Below, one piece after another: positions 62,538 to 64,000 of a stretch of DNA of 64,000 nt. The stretch is from Nitrosopumilus sp. (lineage in GTDB: Archaea > Thermoproteota > Nitrososphaeria > Nitrososphaerales > Nitrosopumilaceae), in contig OZ242041.1 in NCBI GenBank assembly GCA_965205215.1, positions 1,920,001 through 1,984,000 of the forward strand. The letters run 5' to 3'. Numbering within the stretch: the first letter of the stretch is position 1; every line of letters starts with the position of its first letter. The notes beneath the pieces are model-generated. The model made no database searches. It was not told the origin of the DNA and was given only the letters and a program-made list of their open reading frames with translations. Made by a program: the position numbers and the translations under genes.

Positions 62538-63800
62538 GTGGCTTCAAGCGCGGTTGGCGAGAGAGAAATCGATGAGCTGATCTGGGGGGATCTAGAGTCT
62601 GAAATCATGGAAGCAAAGTTCTCACTCTATGCCGCGTCTGATGCAATCAAGAGCGCAAAGGTTTACCCGGTGCAGCTGTTGGTCGGATTCCTAGACTTCA
62701 TACACTACAGATGCAAGGGATGGAAGCCAGCACTCAGCGGTAATGAAAAGGCGGAGTTTGACGCAATAGGTGGCGATTTTGATGACCGTTCATCATGGGT
62801 AAAATTTCTGGATTTTGTTGTAGGTATGGCTCTTGATGACCCATATTTTGTCAGAGAGTTTGTAGATCAAAACGGTGACAAACATGAAGTCTTCATTCTC
62901 ATGGACACTTTCTCGCTGTTTGAATGTGGCATGATTCTGAACAAGACAAGGTTGGAGGGCGAGTCAAGGTTTTCTTCTGACTACATATCAAAGGAATTCC
63001 ACGTGGATGAAAAGAAATTGCCTAACATGCTCTCGTATTTCGAATACCTCAATGATCCAGAGCGGACGCGTGCACATCCCCTCGTGTTGAGGCCGACCAA
63101 GCTGGCAAACATGCTCTACTGGCTTTGTGACGAACTGTGGGCGTTGGCAAAGTGTCCCAAGCAAGTCCTAAGGACAGAAGAATGGGAAGAAGAAACGAGC
63201 ACGTCGAGGGGGAAATTTCTGACGCTCAACGAGTTACAAAACGGAACTGACTGCAACGAAGAAAACTTCTTGGAATTGTTAAAAACGCGCTTGATAAAAA
63301 TCCCCAACGCACAACCCCTGACTTTTTACGAGTATGTTCAGAGCATACTTTGCCCCGAGGCAGCGAAAGAGTGGGAAGGCATACGGGACAGATACATTGC
63401 CGAGAGTAAAAAAGTGCTCAAATGGGCGACTCCTGGCTTGGCCGAGGAGGATCTAGACCGTGCAAAGGCTTCGCTTGGCAAGGCACGCAAGGCATTTGAA
63501 GATGAGAGGTATGTCGAATCCGTTATATTGTCACACAAAGCTATGGAAGAAGCCCTGAGTGAAATGATAAAGCAGGACATGCGGCTTGCTGAAAAGATAG
63601 ACGTTGCCACAAGAGCCCATCCAGATCTGCACAGGCACAGAGAAGGATTGCATTTCATCAAGAAAGCTAGAAACGCGTTAGTACGCGCAGGCGGGGTGGA
63701 CGAATGCGACGCGGTCGACGCAAAATTTGCACTGGATAAGATGGATCAGTTTTTGATCAGTGTTGCGGATTCACTACGCAGTCAACGACTTGATGAATAA
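62538..63800 (+). CDS. Low-GC hypothetical protein with C-terminal HEPN-like domain
   Basis: ARKAFEDERYVESVILSHKAMEEAL...ARNALVR...DAKFALD pattern. Confidence 0.7.
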   Translation: MASSAVGEREIDELIWGDLESEIMEAKFSLYAASDAIKSAKVYPVQLLVGFLDFIHYRCKGWKPALSGNEKAEFDAIGGDFDDRSSWVKFLDFVVGMALDDPYFVREFVDQNGDKHEVFILMDTFSLFECGMILNKTRLEGESRFSSDYISKEFHVDEKKLPNMLSYFEYLNDPERTRAHPLVLRPTKLANMLYWLCDELWALAKCPKQVLRTEEWEEETSTSRGKFLTLNELQNGTDCNEENFLELLKTRLIKIPNAQPLTFYEYVQSILCPEAAKEWEGIRDRYIAESKKVLKWATPGLAEEDLDRAKASLGKARKAFEDERYVESVILSHKAMEEALSEMIKQDMRLAEKIDVATRAHPDLHRHREGLHFIKKARNALVRAGGVDECDAVDAKFALDKMDQFLISVADSLRSQRLDE

Positions 63801-63807
63801 ACGATGA

Positions 63808-64000
63808 CAATCGTCCAAGGGGTTTCCACCCCTAGACCGGATGCTCAAGCATCACCGCGATAACCCCGACGGCTTTGACAAGGCATACTACCGGCGCAGT
63901 CTAGCGGAGACTATGCTCTCCATCATCAAGGAAGGGTTCAACACGGTTTTGCGAAGAGACGCTTGCCACGCGCAGGATGTGCGGCACTGGCGCGAATTCG
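63808..64000 (+). pseudogene. IS5-like transposase C-terminal remnant
   Basis: Frame reads KGFPPLDRMLKHHRDNPDGFDKAYYRRSLAETMLSIIKEGF (YxxRSxxET signature); no N-terminal part present. Confidence 0.6.

Noticed and set aside
1-64000. Genome-wide TGA recoding
   Set aside because: TGA terminates well-defined genes (746, 5656, 8583, 9083) and Trp is encoded by TGG.

Overview
GC-rich archaeal DNA. Nitrososphaerota/Nitrosopumilaceae-like, possibly a host-associated symbiont; this is inferred from the class III pilin, TFB-like gene, ISH3 element, TATA/oligo-T signals and Cenarchaeum-style giant proteins. The window looks like part of an integrative, possibly conjugative, element. Its backbone is a type IV pilus/T4SS-like set: VirB11/TadA-like ATPase, VirB6-like protein, pilin, TadC-like protein, minor-pilin-like protein and prepilin peptidase. 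It also carries a TFB-like/ParB-like/wHTH operon and an unlisted AbrB gene. The backbone is interrupted by an intact ISH3 (17-bp TIRs, 5-bp TSD), two toxin-antitoxin/defence-like gene pairs, and a ~39-kb block of three co-oriented giant repeat adhesin genes (BspA/DUF285, PKD-like, FG-GAP, FN3). The most notable signal is a pair of 21-bp inverted sites flanking a ~125-bp TATA-containing segment, lying between the adhesin block and a tyrosine recombinase: a candidate archaeal invertible-promoter phase switch. A G12 tract at the start of the largest adhesin may be a second switch. Domain calls come from motif recognition only; no database searches were run.
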